Source: Gemmatimonadaceae bacterium
GTDB lineage: Bacteria; Gemmatimonadota; Gemmatimonadetes; Gemmatimonadales; Gemmatimonadaceae
Assembly (NCBI GenBank): GCA_040902005.1
Contig: JBBDYA010000085.1
Coordinates: 69,536 to 83,215 of the forward strand
Direction of reading: 5' to 3'
DNA length: 13,680 nucleotides
In this document: positions 1 through 7,351 of the stretch, piece after piece
Layout of the letters: every line of letters begins with the position of its first letter
Numbering within the stretch: position 1 is the first letter of the stretch
Notes under the pieces: model-generated
What the model was told of the DNA's origin: nothing
What the model saw: the letters and a program-made list of their open reading frames with translations, nothing else
Databases searched by the model: none
Position numbers and translations under genes: made by a program

Positions 1-1
1 G

Positions 2-292
2 CGCGCGGCGATCAGCTTTCTGGAGGGCCTGGGCGCGTGGGACTGGCCGAAGGTCGTGGTGTCTGCCGGCACGCTGATCGCCTCGCAGGACTCGCTGCGA
101 TGGATTCCCGACGCGCTGCTGCGCAACGGAGCCACGATCGGGCACATCAAGCTGCGCAACTACCAGAGCGCGAAAGAGGTGCAGCGGTCCTTCGCGAGGA
201 TAGCCGGAGTGGACCCCTTCCGCGATCGGCTGATCGCCACGTACCTGGCGTTTTCCGATACCGCGCGTTGGCAGCAAACGGCATGGCGGTAA
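2..292 (+). CDS. C-terminal fragment of a protein entering from the left edge (RAAISFLEGLGAWDWPK...WQQTAWR*); function unknown
   Basis: The frame starting at base 2 is open to TAA at 290-292, with GC-ending codons. The stop overlaps the next ATG (283), which suggests an operon. Too little sequence to assign a product. Confidence 0.65.
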   Translation, partial: RAAISFLEGLGAWDWPKVVVSAGTLIASQDSLRWIPDALLRNGATIGHIKLRNYQSAKEVQRSFARIAGVDPFRDRLIATYLAFSDTARWQQTAWR

Positions 293-1437
293 GGCGCGAA
301 CACGTTCTCGCGACGGTCTGGATCCTCGCGGTCGCGGTGGCGTCCGTCGAGGCGACCGCGCTCCAGTCCAACAATTTCCTCATCTTCCGAACGGCGTGGT
401 TTAATCTCCAGGCCGGCGCGGACCTCTACGGTCCGAGCACGAAGCACTGGGATGTGTTCCTGTATCCGCCACCATTCGCGCTGTTGTTCGCGCCGTTCGC
501 CTCCGTGCCGTTTCTGCTGGGGGTCCTGCTGTGGAACGGCGCGAACGCCGGCGCGCTGTACTGGGGCCTGGGTCGGGTACTGGGCGCGGACCTGGCATTC
601 GCGGCGCGCGCGATCGTGTTCATGGACACCTTCGGTGCCATGCAGATCGTGCAGAGCAACGCGCTCGTCGCCGGCCTGATGCTCCTGGCCGTCGCGGACC
701 TGGAGCGGCGGCGCGAGCTGCGCGCCGCGATCGCGATCGCGGTCGGCAGCGCTATCAAGGTGTTCCCGCTGGCCATCGCCGCGTACGCGATCTTTCGCCC
801 GTACCGGCTGCCGAGGTTCGCGCTCGTCGCGCTGGCCGCGGCCGCCATCATCATCGCGGCGCCGCTGATCGTGGCGTCACCGCAGGAACTGGCGGACCAC
901 TATCGGGCGTGGGGCGCCATGCAGCGCTCGGACGCCACGGCGCGCGGCTTCTCGCTGATGTTCCATCTCCAGCTCTGGTTCGGCATGGACTGGCCCAACT
1001 GGCCGGTGCAGCTCGCGGGCATCGCGATTTTGCTCGCGCCGCTCGCGCGCGTGGCGCTCTGGGGGCAGGAGCGCTTCCGGGTGCGGTTCCTCGCGTCGGT
1101 GCTGATGTTCTGCGTGCTGTTCAACCACCGGTCGGAGAGCGCAACCTTTGTGCTGGCGGCCGCGGGGATCGCGACGTGGTTCGCCATGGCGGACCGGAAC
1201 GCCGTGACCTGGACCGTTCTGGCCGTCGCCATCATCGGCACGGTCCTCTCGTCCAGCGAGGCCATGCCGCACGTGATTCAGGAGCGATTCTTCGAGCCGT
1301 ACCGGGTCAAGACGCTTCCAGTGTTGTTCGTCTGGCTGCTCACCCAGGTGGAGTTGTGGAGGGCGCCTCGAAATACGACGTCGAAATTCCCATCGCCTGG
1401 ATCGCCGGCCCGAGCTCCGGCGACGTCAGCGCCCTGA
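283..1437 (+). CDS. Glycosyltransferase family 87 / DUF2029 membrane protein (GT-C fold, polyprenyl-phosphate-sugar dependent), 384 aa
   Basis: ATG at 283, in the frame of ORF 37..1437. Motifs NNFLIFRTA..DLY, FLYPPPFALLFAPF, QSNALVAGL, IKVFP and FNHRSESATF, plus many hydrophobic TM-like segments, are typical of GT87/DUF2029. Confidence 0.85.
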   Translation: MAVRREHVLATVWILAVAVASVEATALQSNNFLIFRTAWFNLQAGADLYGPSTKHWDVFLYPPPFALLFAPFASVPFLLGVLLWNGANAGALYWGLGRVLGADLAFAARAIVFMDTFGAMQIVQSNALVAGLMLLAVADLERRRELRAAIAIAVGSAIKVFPLAIAAYAIFRPYRLPRFALVALAAAAIIIAAPLIVASPQELADHYRAWGAMQRSDATARGFSLMFHLQLWFGMDWPNWPVQLAGIAILLAPLARVALWGQERFRVRFLASVLMFCVLFNHRSESATFVLAAAGIATWFAMADRNAVTWTVLAVAIIGTVLSSSEAMPHVIQERFFEPYRVKTLPVLFVWLLTQVELWRAPRNTTSKFPSPGSPARAPATSAP

Positions 1438-2200
1438 GTTCGCGCTCACGCTCGGCGCGATAGGAATCCAGCGCCGCCAGCTCGGGGGAATCATATCCGG
1501 GGTGCACCATCAGCTCGGTGGTCCCCGCGGGCAACACGGCCAGCAGCGCGAGGATGTCGCGCGCGAAGGTGGGCGATGCCATCAGCGCGATGCCGGCGAA
1601 CGCCGTAGCGGCTTCCTCCCGTGGCGTCCCGAGCGCCGCCCGCAGCGCCCGTGACTTGAGGCGCGGGACGGGGCGCCCCAGCAGCGTGGCGTCGACTTCG
1701 CTCGCGCGGCGCACGTGGGCGATGCCGTGCCGGCGCGCCGTCGCGCGCACGACGTCGGCGATGCCGGGAAGGCAGTGCGTGTGGCGATGCGAGTCGACGT
1801 GGGTCACGCGCAGGCCCAGCGGGGCGAGCAGCGCCTCGGCCCGCGCGAGCTGTGCCTCGAACTCCGTCTCCACCTCGCGCAGGTCGGCACGGCGCAACCA
1901 GGCGCGCCAGAGCTGGGACAGGAGTGGACGGAACCGGCCCGTGCGCGCATCCCGAAGGGAGGAGCACGCGCTGAGTGGCGCTCCCATCACGATGTTGAAG
2001 TGCAGCCCGATGCTCATCGCCACGCCGCGCGCGCGCAGCGGCGCGAGTTGCCCAGCGGCATCGGAGGATGCGGGCATGTTCACCATCAGCGACGCCGACC
2101 GCACGTTGCCGGCCGCCAGCGCCTCCGCGATGCCGCGATTTACGCTTCGCGCGAGACCAAGATCGTCCGCGTTGATGATGAGGCGCCTGATGTGTGGCAC
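1340..2200 (-). CDS. YdjC/ChbG/HpnK family carbohydrate deacetylase
   Basis: Family motifs LIINADDLG, SASLMVN, GLHFN, THVDSHRHTH, ELMVHPG and RERELRAL. The start is uncertain (GTG at 2200 or 2230) and overlaps the 3' end of the GT2 gene. Confidence 0.9.
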   Translation of the reverse strand: MPHIRRLIINADDLGLARSVNRGIAEALAAGNVRSASLMVNMPASSDAAGQLAPLRARGVAMSIGLHFNIVMGAPLSACSSLRDARTGRFRPLLSQLWRAWLRRADLREVETEFEAQLARAEALLAPLGLRVTHVDSHRHTHCLPGIADVVRATARRHGIAHVRRASEVDATLLGRPVPRLKSRALRAALGTPREEAATAFAGIALMASPTFARDILALLAVLPAGTTELMVHPGYDSPELAALDSYRAERERELRALTSPELGPAIQAMGISTSYFEAPSTTPPG

Positions 2201-2952
2201 GCGGGTGAAAGCTGGTACTTGCCGGTCCACGCGCGCCAGCGGATGCGCCCGAGGTCGCCGGCCATGGTCACCGCGTCGCGCAGATACCGCACGGTGGACG
2301 GCTCGTCATCGTACTGGAAGCGGACCGGCACCTGATCCACGCGCAGGTCGAGCTGGCGCGCGAGGTACAGGCATTCGAGGTCGAAACCGAAGCCCCCGAT
2401 GCCGACGCGCGAGAAAACATCTTCCGCCGCGCGGGCCGTGTAGCCCTTGAGTCCCGCCTGGGTATCCGTCAGGCCGGGCAGCAGCGCGAGCCGCACCATG
2501 CCGTTGAAGGCGCGGCTCATGGCGTAGCGCGTGTAGCGATACGTGAGGTAGCCCGCGTCGAGGTGATACCGCGACTCGGCATGCACGCGGGTGGCGATCG
2601 CGACGTCGGCGCCGCGGTGCAGCGCGGCGGCAATGCGCCAGACCTCGTCCAGCGGGTACGCCAGATCGGCGTCGGTGAATATCCGGAGGGCCGCCGTGGT
2701 CTCGAGCATGCCGCGCCGCACGGAGTAGCCCTTGCCCCGGTTCCGGTCGTTGCACAGCAGGCGCACGTCGGGGCGGCGGGCGAAGTCCTGCAGCAGCGAG
2801 CCCGCCGTGGGGTCCGTCCCCCGGTCGTCCACGAGAATGACCTCGCACGGCACAGGCGAGTGTTCGAGGAATCGCTCGAGTTCGCCCAGCGTGCGCTGCA
2901 GGCGCCCCGCGCAGTGGTAGACCGGAATGACCAGGGCCAGATCCACGATCAT
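2140..2952 (-). CDS. Glycosyltransferase family 2, dolichyl/polyprenyl-phosphate glycosyltransferase-like, 270 aa
   Basis: Motifs VIPVY, VDDRGTD, NRGKGYSVRRG, FTDADL (DxD), DTQAGLKG (cf. DTQCGFK) and FGFDLE. GAGGG immediately precedes the ATG. Confidence 0.9.
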   Translation of the reverse strand: MIVDLALVIPVYHCAGRLQRTLGELERFLEHSPVPCEVILVDDRGTDPTAGSLLQDFARRPDVRLLCNDRNRGKGYSVRRGMLETTAALRIFTDADLAYPLDEVWRIAAALHRGADVAIATRVHAESRYHLDAGYLTYRYTRYAMSRAFNGMVRLALLPGLTDTQAGLKGYTARAAEDVFSRVGIGGFGFDLECLYLARQLDLRVDQVPVRFQYDDEPSTVRYLRDAVTMAGDLGRIRWRAWTGKYQLSPACHTSGASSSTRTILVSREA

Positions 2953-2988
2953 CCCTCGCTCATCCGGCGCCGTTGCTGTGCATCGCGC

Positions 2989-3603
2989 TCAGGGGGTCGC
3001 CGGGGGGGGGGACGCGGCTTTGGCGAGGGACTGCCGTAGCGAGCGCGCCTTGTCCGCGTGCTTCTGGAGGATCGGAACCGACTGGCGGATGTATTCCTTC
3101 ACCGCTGAATCCTGCGTGGCGGCGAGCGCGCGCGCCGTGTTTTCCATGGACGCCTCGTGCGCGGCGAGCGCATACTCCACGTAGGCGCGGTCCCAACCAC
3201 CGCCGAGTGGCGTGGCAAGCAGAGCCTCGCGCATCAGATCCGGCGCCCGCGCGGGCGCCACGCGCGGCGGCTCGCTCGCGATGTTCAGTCCCCTCGCCAC
3301 CGCGGCGGCCTCCCGTCGAAGCGCGATGTGTTCGCGCATCATCATGCGGCCGAATTCCTTGATTTCCAGCGTGGATCCGTGCTGCGCGCCGAGGGCGCCC
3401 ATCGCGCTGTCCGCCGCATGGGAGTGCTCGAGCAACCCAAGGGTGCGATGCTCGTTCAGCGACGCCGCGGCCGTTCCGGCGATGCTGTCACGGATGCCGC
3501 TGGTATCCTCCCGGACCTCACCGGCACTCGCGCCCTCGGATTCGGGGGCGACGCAACCGGCCAGCGCGCACGTGACCGCCAGAAGCGCACTGGATATTCG
3601 CAT
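2989..3603 (-). CDS. DUF4142-like (ferritin-like) lipoprotein, 204 aa
   Basis: Signal peptide with lipobox LAGC. The helical pattern EIKEFGRMMMREH...WDRAYVE...HE...VKEYIRQSVPILQKHADKARSL matches DUF4142. GAGGA lies 5 nt before the ATG. Confidence 0.8.
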   Translation of the reverse strand: MRISSALLAVTCALAGCVAPESEGASAGEVREDTSGIRDSIAGTAAASLNEHRTLGLLEHSHAADSAMGALGAQHGSTLEIKEFGRMMMREHIALRREAAAVARGLNIASEPPRVAPARAPDLMREALLATPLGGGWDRAYVEYALAAHEASMENTARALAATQDSAVKEYIRQSVPILQKHADKARSLRQSLAKAASPPPATP

Positions 3604-3665
3604 TACGATCCTCGACGATGGACTGTGAGTTGATCAGCCTCCGTACCCGGGTCGCCATGCAGTAA

Positions 3666-3690
3666 CGCCCCGAGCCCGAGGCTCGGGGCG
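3666..3690 (-). terminator. GC-rich hairpin downstream of the S9 peptidase gene; probable intrinsic terminator, possibly bidirectional
   Basis: Perfect 11-bp stem CGCCCCGAGCC / GGCTCGGGGCG with a 3-nt loop, about 30 nt after the S9 stop. U-tracts are weak (TTACT on minus, GCATTTT on plus). Confidence 0.6.
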
Positions 3691-3719
3691 GCATTTTGCA
3701 AAAAGCGTACTCGTCGGTG

Positions 3720-5867
3720 CTAGCGCTCGTTTGGCGTGGGAGCCCCGCCGCCAGGCCGCAGCGTGCGCGAGAAGTACTCGCCGACCGCCGCGTTCACGCG
3801 GACCTGGTTCTCGTGCCGCATGAAGTGGTGGGTGTCGTCCGGGATGACGATCTCCTCGTACGGGATGCCCGCCGCGGCCAGCCGCCGCACGAGGTCGGTC
3901 GTCTGGGCGAAGCGCACGTTCCGGTCGTCGTCGCCGTGGATCAGCAGCACGGGGGACTTCCAGGTGGCAATGGACGAGACCGGTGACGACGTCCATGCCA
4001 CCTCCAGCGCGCGCGCGGCGTCGGGCGCGGTTTCGTACCGGTCCCGGCTCGTGAGATTCGTGGCGCGGCCCACGGAAAAATCGTGAACGCCATGGATGTC
4101 CACCCCGACCGCGAACAGATCGGAATCGCGCGCGAGTGCGAGGGCGGTGAGGTAGCCGCCGTACGATCCCCCGTAAACGCCGATGCGACCGGGGTCTACG
4201 TTGGGCTGCCGCCGCAGCCACTCGCCCGCCGCGCGAATATCCTGATACTCCGATGCCCCCCGCGCGCCGCCATCGCGGGGATGGTGAAAGTCGCGTCCGT
4301 AGCCGATGCCCAGGCGGTAATTGACCGACATCACGATGAAGCCCCGGCTCGCGAGGAACTGGTTCATCGCATACGCGTTCGAGTAGTAATCGGAGTAGTG
4401 CCAGCCAAGCAGCATCTGCCGCGGCGGGCCGCCGTGGACGTAGATCACCGCGGGGCGTCGTCCCGCCGCGCCGTTGTCGAAGAGCTGCGCGTGCACCCGC
4501 GTGCCGTCCGGCGCGTCGAACACCACCTGCCGCGGCACCACGAGCCGGCGCGCCGGAAAGTCCTGCGGAATACGGTCGGCGCTGATCACACGCGATTGCC
4601 CGGTGGCGGCCGACATCACCGCCACGACCGGTGGCCGCTGCGCCGTGGCGCCGATGTACGCGATGCTCGCGCCGTCCCCGGTGAACACGGGGGTCCATTC
4701 GAGGCCGGTGCCGGGCGTGAGCACCTCGGGCGCGACGCGGTCCACGGGCACGCGCACCACGTGGCGGCGGTCGATGTCCCGCGCGTCCGGGCCGGTATTG
4801 CCGGCGAACGCGAGGAAGCGACGATCGGGACTCACCGTCACGTATTCCGCCATGTAGGGACCCGGTGTGAGCAGCAGGGGTGCACCGCCGTTCTCGGAGA
4901 TGGAATACAGGTGCGGCCAGCCATCCATGTACGAGAGGAAGGCGATGCGTCCGCCCGCGACCCAATTCAGGTTCACGCCGCCATGCGTGGAAGGCACCGA
5001 CCCATGCACGGTGCGCGGACTCTCCCAGAGCAGACGGGCGTCGCCCGTACGGGCGTCCGCGGTCCAGATGGCCCACGGCGTGTGCCGCTCCGCAAGAATG
5101 GAATCGGGGACCCCACCAGCGCCCGGCCGTCGCACGAAGACAATGCGCGTGCCGTCCGGGGACCAGCGCGGCGAGGCATCACGCGACGTCGTGGGGGAGA
5201 TCCACCGCATGGGCGTGGAGTCTCCGCTGTAGACGCCGATGAATGCGTGGTCGCCGCGATTGGCGACGAACGCGAGCCGGCTGCCGTCCGGCGACCACAC
5301 GGGTGAGCCGGCACTCCCGCGAGGCGCGATGGCCCGCCGCGGTGGCGCGGATCCGTCCACCGGCACGAACCAGATGGCGCGATCGCGCGTGAACGCCACG
5401 CGGTCACCCCGCGGCGAAATGGTCGGCGCCTCACCCTCCGCGATCGCCCTCGGCTCGCCGCCCGTGAAGGGCACCGCCAGAATCTGCACGCGCGGCGGCA
5501 GCGGGTGGTTCAGCACATTGACCGGGACGGCATCCTCGAAATTCGAGCTGAAATCACCGCCGCGCAGATAGACGACCCAGTGGCCGTCGCTCGAGAGCTG
5601 GAGACTGGTGATCTCCTGACCGTCGTCCGTGTCGTACGGCGTGAGCTGCCGGGGACGGAAGTCGGGGCCCTCCGCGACCCACACGTTGCGCTTCCCCTGT
5701 TCGTTCAATGCCCACGCGATCCGGCTCCCTCCCCCCCCACCGGTTCCCGCGGCGGTGAGTCCGTTCGGGAAGGGATAGCTCTTCACCTGCTCCATCGTGA
5801 ATGGCGCCTGGGCGAAGGCCGCGTTCGCGGCGAGCGTGACGATCGAAATTACGGCAGGAGCGCGCAT
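3720..5867 (-). CDS. Secreted S9 family (prolyl oligopeptidase / dipeptidyl aminopeptidase) serine peptidase with N-terminal TolB-like beta-propeller, 715 aa
   Basis: Signal peptide ending AFA-Q. Repeated P.WSPDG propeller motifs, VHGGP, nucleophile motif GGSYGG, Asp in HGDDDRNV and His in DDTHHF. SD GGGAG upstream. Confidence 0.93.
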   Translation of the reverse strand: MRAPAVISIVTLAANAAFAQAPFTMEQVKSYPFPNGLTAAGTGGGGGSRIAWALNEQGKRNVWVAEGPDFRPRQLTPYDTDDGQEITSLQLSSDGHWVVYLRGGDFSSNFEDAVPVNVLNHPLPPRVQILAVPFTGGEPRAIAEGEAPTISPRGDRVAFTRDRAIWFVPVDGSAPPRRAIAPRGSAGSPVWSPDGSRLAFVANRGDHAFIGVYSGDSTPMRWISPTTSRDASPRWSPDGTRIVFVRRPGAGGVPDSILAERHTPWAIWTADARTGDARLLWESPRTVHGSVPSTHGGVNLNWVAGGRIAFLSYMDGWPHLYSISENGGAPLLLTPGPYMAEYVTVSPDRRFLAFAGNTGPDARDIDRRHVVRVPVDRVAPEVLTPGTGLEWTPVFTGDGASIAYIGATAQRPPVVAVMSAATGQSRVISADRIPQDFPARRLVVPRQVVFDAPDGTRVHAQLFDNGAAGRRPAVIYVHGGPPRQMLLGWHYSDYYSNAYAMNQFLASRGFIVMSVNYRLGIGYGRDFHHPRDGGARGASEYQDIRAAGEWLRRQPNVDPGRIGVYGGSYGGYLTALALARDSDLFAVGVDIHGVHDFSVGRATNLTSRDRYETAPDAARALEVAWTSSPVSSIATWKSPVLLIHGDDDRNVRFAQTTDLVRRLAAAGIPYEEIVIPDDTHHFMRHENQVRVNAAVGEYFSRTLRPGGGAPTPNER

Positions 5868-5905
5868 GGGATCTCCCGGTGTGGTGGCGCGCTAAAGTAG
5901 CTCTG

Positions 5906-5934
5906 AAAAAGGGCGAGCGGGAAGCGCGCCGCTC
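5906..5934 (-). terminator. Possible weak terminator after the fourth fimbrial subunit gene
   Basis: On the minus strand, GAGCGG-8 nt-CCGCTC is followed by GCCC and TTTTT. The stem is short and overlaps the stop codon. Confidence 0.3.
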
Positions 5935-6415
5935 AGGAACCCGAGACGATCGTGAACGTTACCGTTCGCGTCTGTGGTGCGGTGATCGCGGTGGTGATCG
6001 CGGCGCTCAGCCGGTACGCGATCGGTAGCGCGGAGGCCATGCCGGCCGAGATCCCGGTGACCACGTCCGCGGCGGCAACACCGAGGGCGACGTGTCCGGC
6101 GCTCGTGGCGCCACTGGGGGCGGCGAGGAAGACTTCGAGCGTCACGCCGGTGGGGAGCGGCTGGTCGATGGCCGCGGTGACCTTCTTGTTCGCCTCGTTC
6201 GTCGTGATCGCCCAGGTCGATCCCGTGCCATTGACGGCCGTCGGCGCGCTGCCCGCCGTCGCCAGACCGATGACCATCGGGGACGGATCACCGGACATCG
6301 CCATCTGGTTGACCGCGGTCACCTGAAACTGCACGACCTGCGTCGCGGATTGTCCCTGAAGGGACGATCCCGCGAGTGCGACCGCGACGATACCTGTCAT
6401 GACCATCCGGACCAT
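5933..6415 (-). CDS. Putative fimbrial/pilin-like secreted subunit (paralogue 4), 160 aa
   Basis: ATG at 6415 gives a signal peptide (MVRMVMTGIVAVALAGSSLQG-Q). The mature part aligns by eye with the other subunits: ATQ.V.FQV.A.NQ, AGSAP, WAITTN, P.GVTL, LAAP.GA.SAG, DVVT, RTVT[FY]TI. Confidence 0.8.
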   Translation of the reverse strand: MVRMVMTGIVAVALAGSSLQGQSATQVVQFQVTAVNQMAMSGDPSPMVIGLATAGSAPTAVNGTGSTWAITTNEANKKVTAAIDQPLPTGVTLEVFLAAPSGATSAGHVALGVAAADVVTGISAGMASALPIAYRLSAAITTAITAPQTRTVTFTIVSGS

Positions 6416-6450
6416 GCCCTGAGTATCGGCGGTCCGGCCGTAATGTCTAG

Positions 6451-6633
6451 GGGAGCTCTGAAAAACCAAGGGGCCGGAGCGGAGGTGTTCCGGCCGGCGC
6501 GAGCCAGTACCAATACTTGGACGCGAGAGATCTCAATAGGCATGTAAGGCTCGAGTCAGTCGTCCAAGTATTGGTACTATGCTCGTGCCGGCCGGAACAC
6601 CTCCGCCCCGGCCCCGTGTTTTTCAGAGCTTCC
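6451..6633. mobile_element. 183-bp non-autonomous foldback MITE-like element with IS5-like termini and CTAG flanks
   Basis: Arms 6451-6523 and 6561-6633 (73 nt each) are inverted repeats with 5 substitutions and 2 single-base gaps by hand alignment, around a 37-nt spacer. CTAG lies at 6447-6450 and 6634-6637. Termini read GG(G/A)AGCTCTGAAAAAC. No transposase ORF. Confidence 0.7.
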
Positions 6634-7347
6634 CTAGGGGATCGGGAAGTGGATCGTGAACCGCGATCCCGTGCCGGGGTCGCTCACGACGGACAGTCGG
6701 CAGCCCATTGCCTCGCACAGTTGGTGGGCCAGCGGCAGGCCCAGCCCCGCGCCTTCATGGCTCCGTCCCATGCCGGCGTCACCCTGCTCGAAGGGCTCGA
6801 AAATTCGCGCCAGGTTCGCAACGGGAATTCCGACACCCGTGTCCACGACCTCCAGCCGCACCGGGCGGTTGGCGGCGTCCGTGACGACGTTCACGTTGAC
6901 CGTGCCGTGCTGGGTGAACTTGACGGCATTGGCCACGAGGTGGCGCACCACCTGGACGAATTGCTCCTCATCGAGGCGTACGGCCGGCGCCTTCTCGGGG
7001 AGCGCGAGAACGATGCGCACCCCCTTCTCGGTGGCGGATCGACGGTGCCTCGCTGCGACGGTCGCGGCAATGTCGGCCACGTTGGTGTCGGTGATATGCA
7101 TTTGCAGCATCCCTCGTCGGATGCGGGAATGATCGAGCACGTCCTGCACGAGCTGCAACAGCTGTTCGCCGTTCTCGCGCACGCGCTGCAGCAACGCGAG
7201 GTCTTCCGGACGCTGGTTCCCGGCCCGGTTTGCTTCGAGCACCCGCGAGAACCCGATGACGGCGTTCAGCGGGGTGCGCAGTTCGTGGCTCATGCGGGAC
7301 AGAAACTCGTCCCGTGTCTGCTCGAGTTGGGTGGGTTGCAGTGACAT
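6634..7347 (-). CDS. Cytoplasmic histidine kinase, HisKA + HATPase_c only, no sensor domain, 237 aa
   Basis: H box FLSRMSHELRTPLNAVIGFS, N box ANAVKFT, G1 DTGVGI, F box IFEPF, G2 GAGLGL. An in-frame TAG near 7410 rules out a long N-terminal extension. Confidence 0.92.
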   Translation of the reverse strand: MSLQPTQLEQTRDEFLSRMSHELRTPLNAVIGFSRVLEANRAGNQRPEDLALLQRVRENGEQLLQLVQDVLDHSRIRRGMLQMHITDTNVADIAATVAARHRRSATEKGVRIVLALPEKAPAVRLDEEQFVQVVRHLVANAVKFTQHGTVNVNVVTDAANRPVRLEVVDTGVGIPVANLARIFEPFEQGDAGMGRSHEGAGLGLPLAHQLCEAMGCRLSVVSDPGTGSRFTIHFPIP

Positions 7348-7351
7348 GCGT

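Noticed and set aside
37..282. N-terminal 82 codons of the 466-aa ORF 37..1437
   Set aside because: They overlap the upstream CDS in another frame and read as Arg-rich shadow sequence; GT87-like sequence begins at ATG 283.
3002..3011. G10 run in the DUF4142 gene and C8 run at 5731-5738 in the S9 gene as phase-variation tracts
   Set aside because: The first lies in the last few codons, so a slip would change only the tail; the second is short and codes a Gly linker.
4083..5306. 407-aa + strand ORF and other long antisense or alternative-frame ORFs (e.g. 531..1463, 3634..5076, 6517..7344, 9231..11354, 12918..13544)
   Set aside because: They are shadows of well-supported genes in high-GC DNA, with biased Arg/Pro/Ala or antisense composition and no motifs.
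6438..6446. CCGTAATG upstream of subunit 4 as a third regulator box
   Set aside because: Only a half-site, in the opposite orientation, with no ATGAC partner at the N6 spacing.
6447..6637. The long inverted repeat as 6S RNA, a CRISPR array or an invertible promoter switch
   Set aside because: There is no large central bubble as in 6S and no direct repeat-spacer periodicity. The 37-nt spacer is very short for an invertible promoter and no recombinase is in the window. CTAG flanks and IS5-like ends fit a MITE better.
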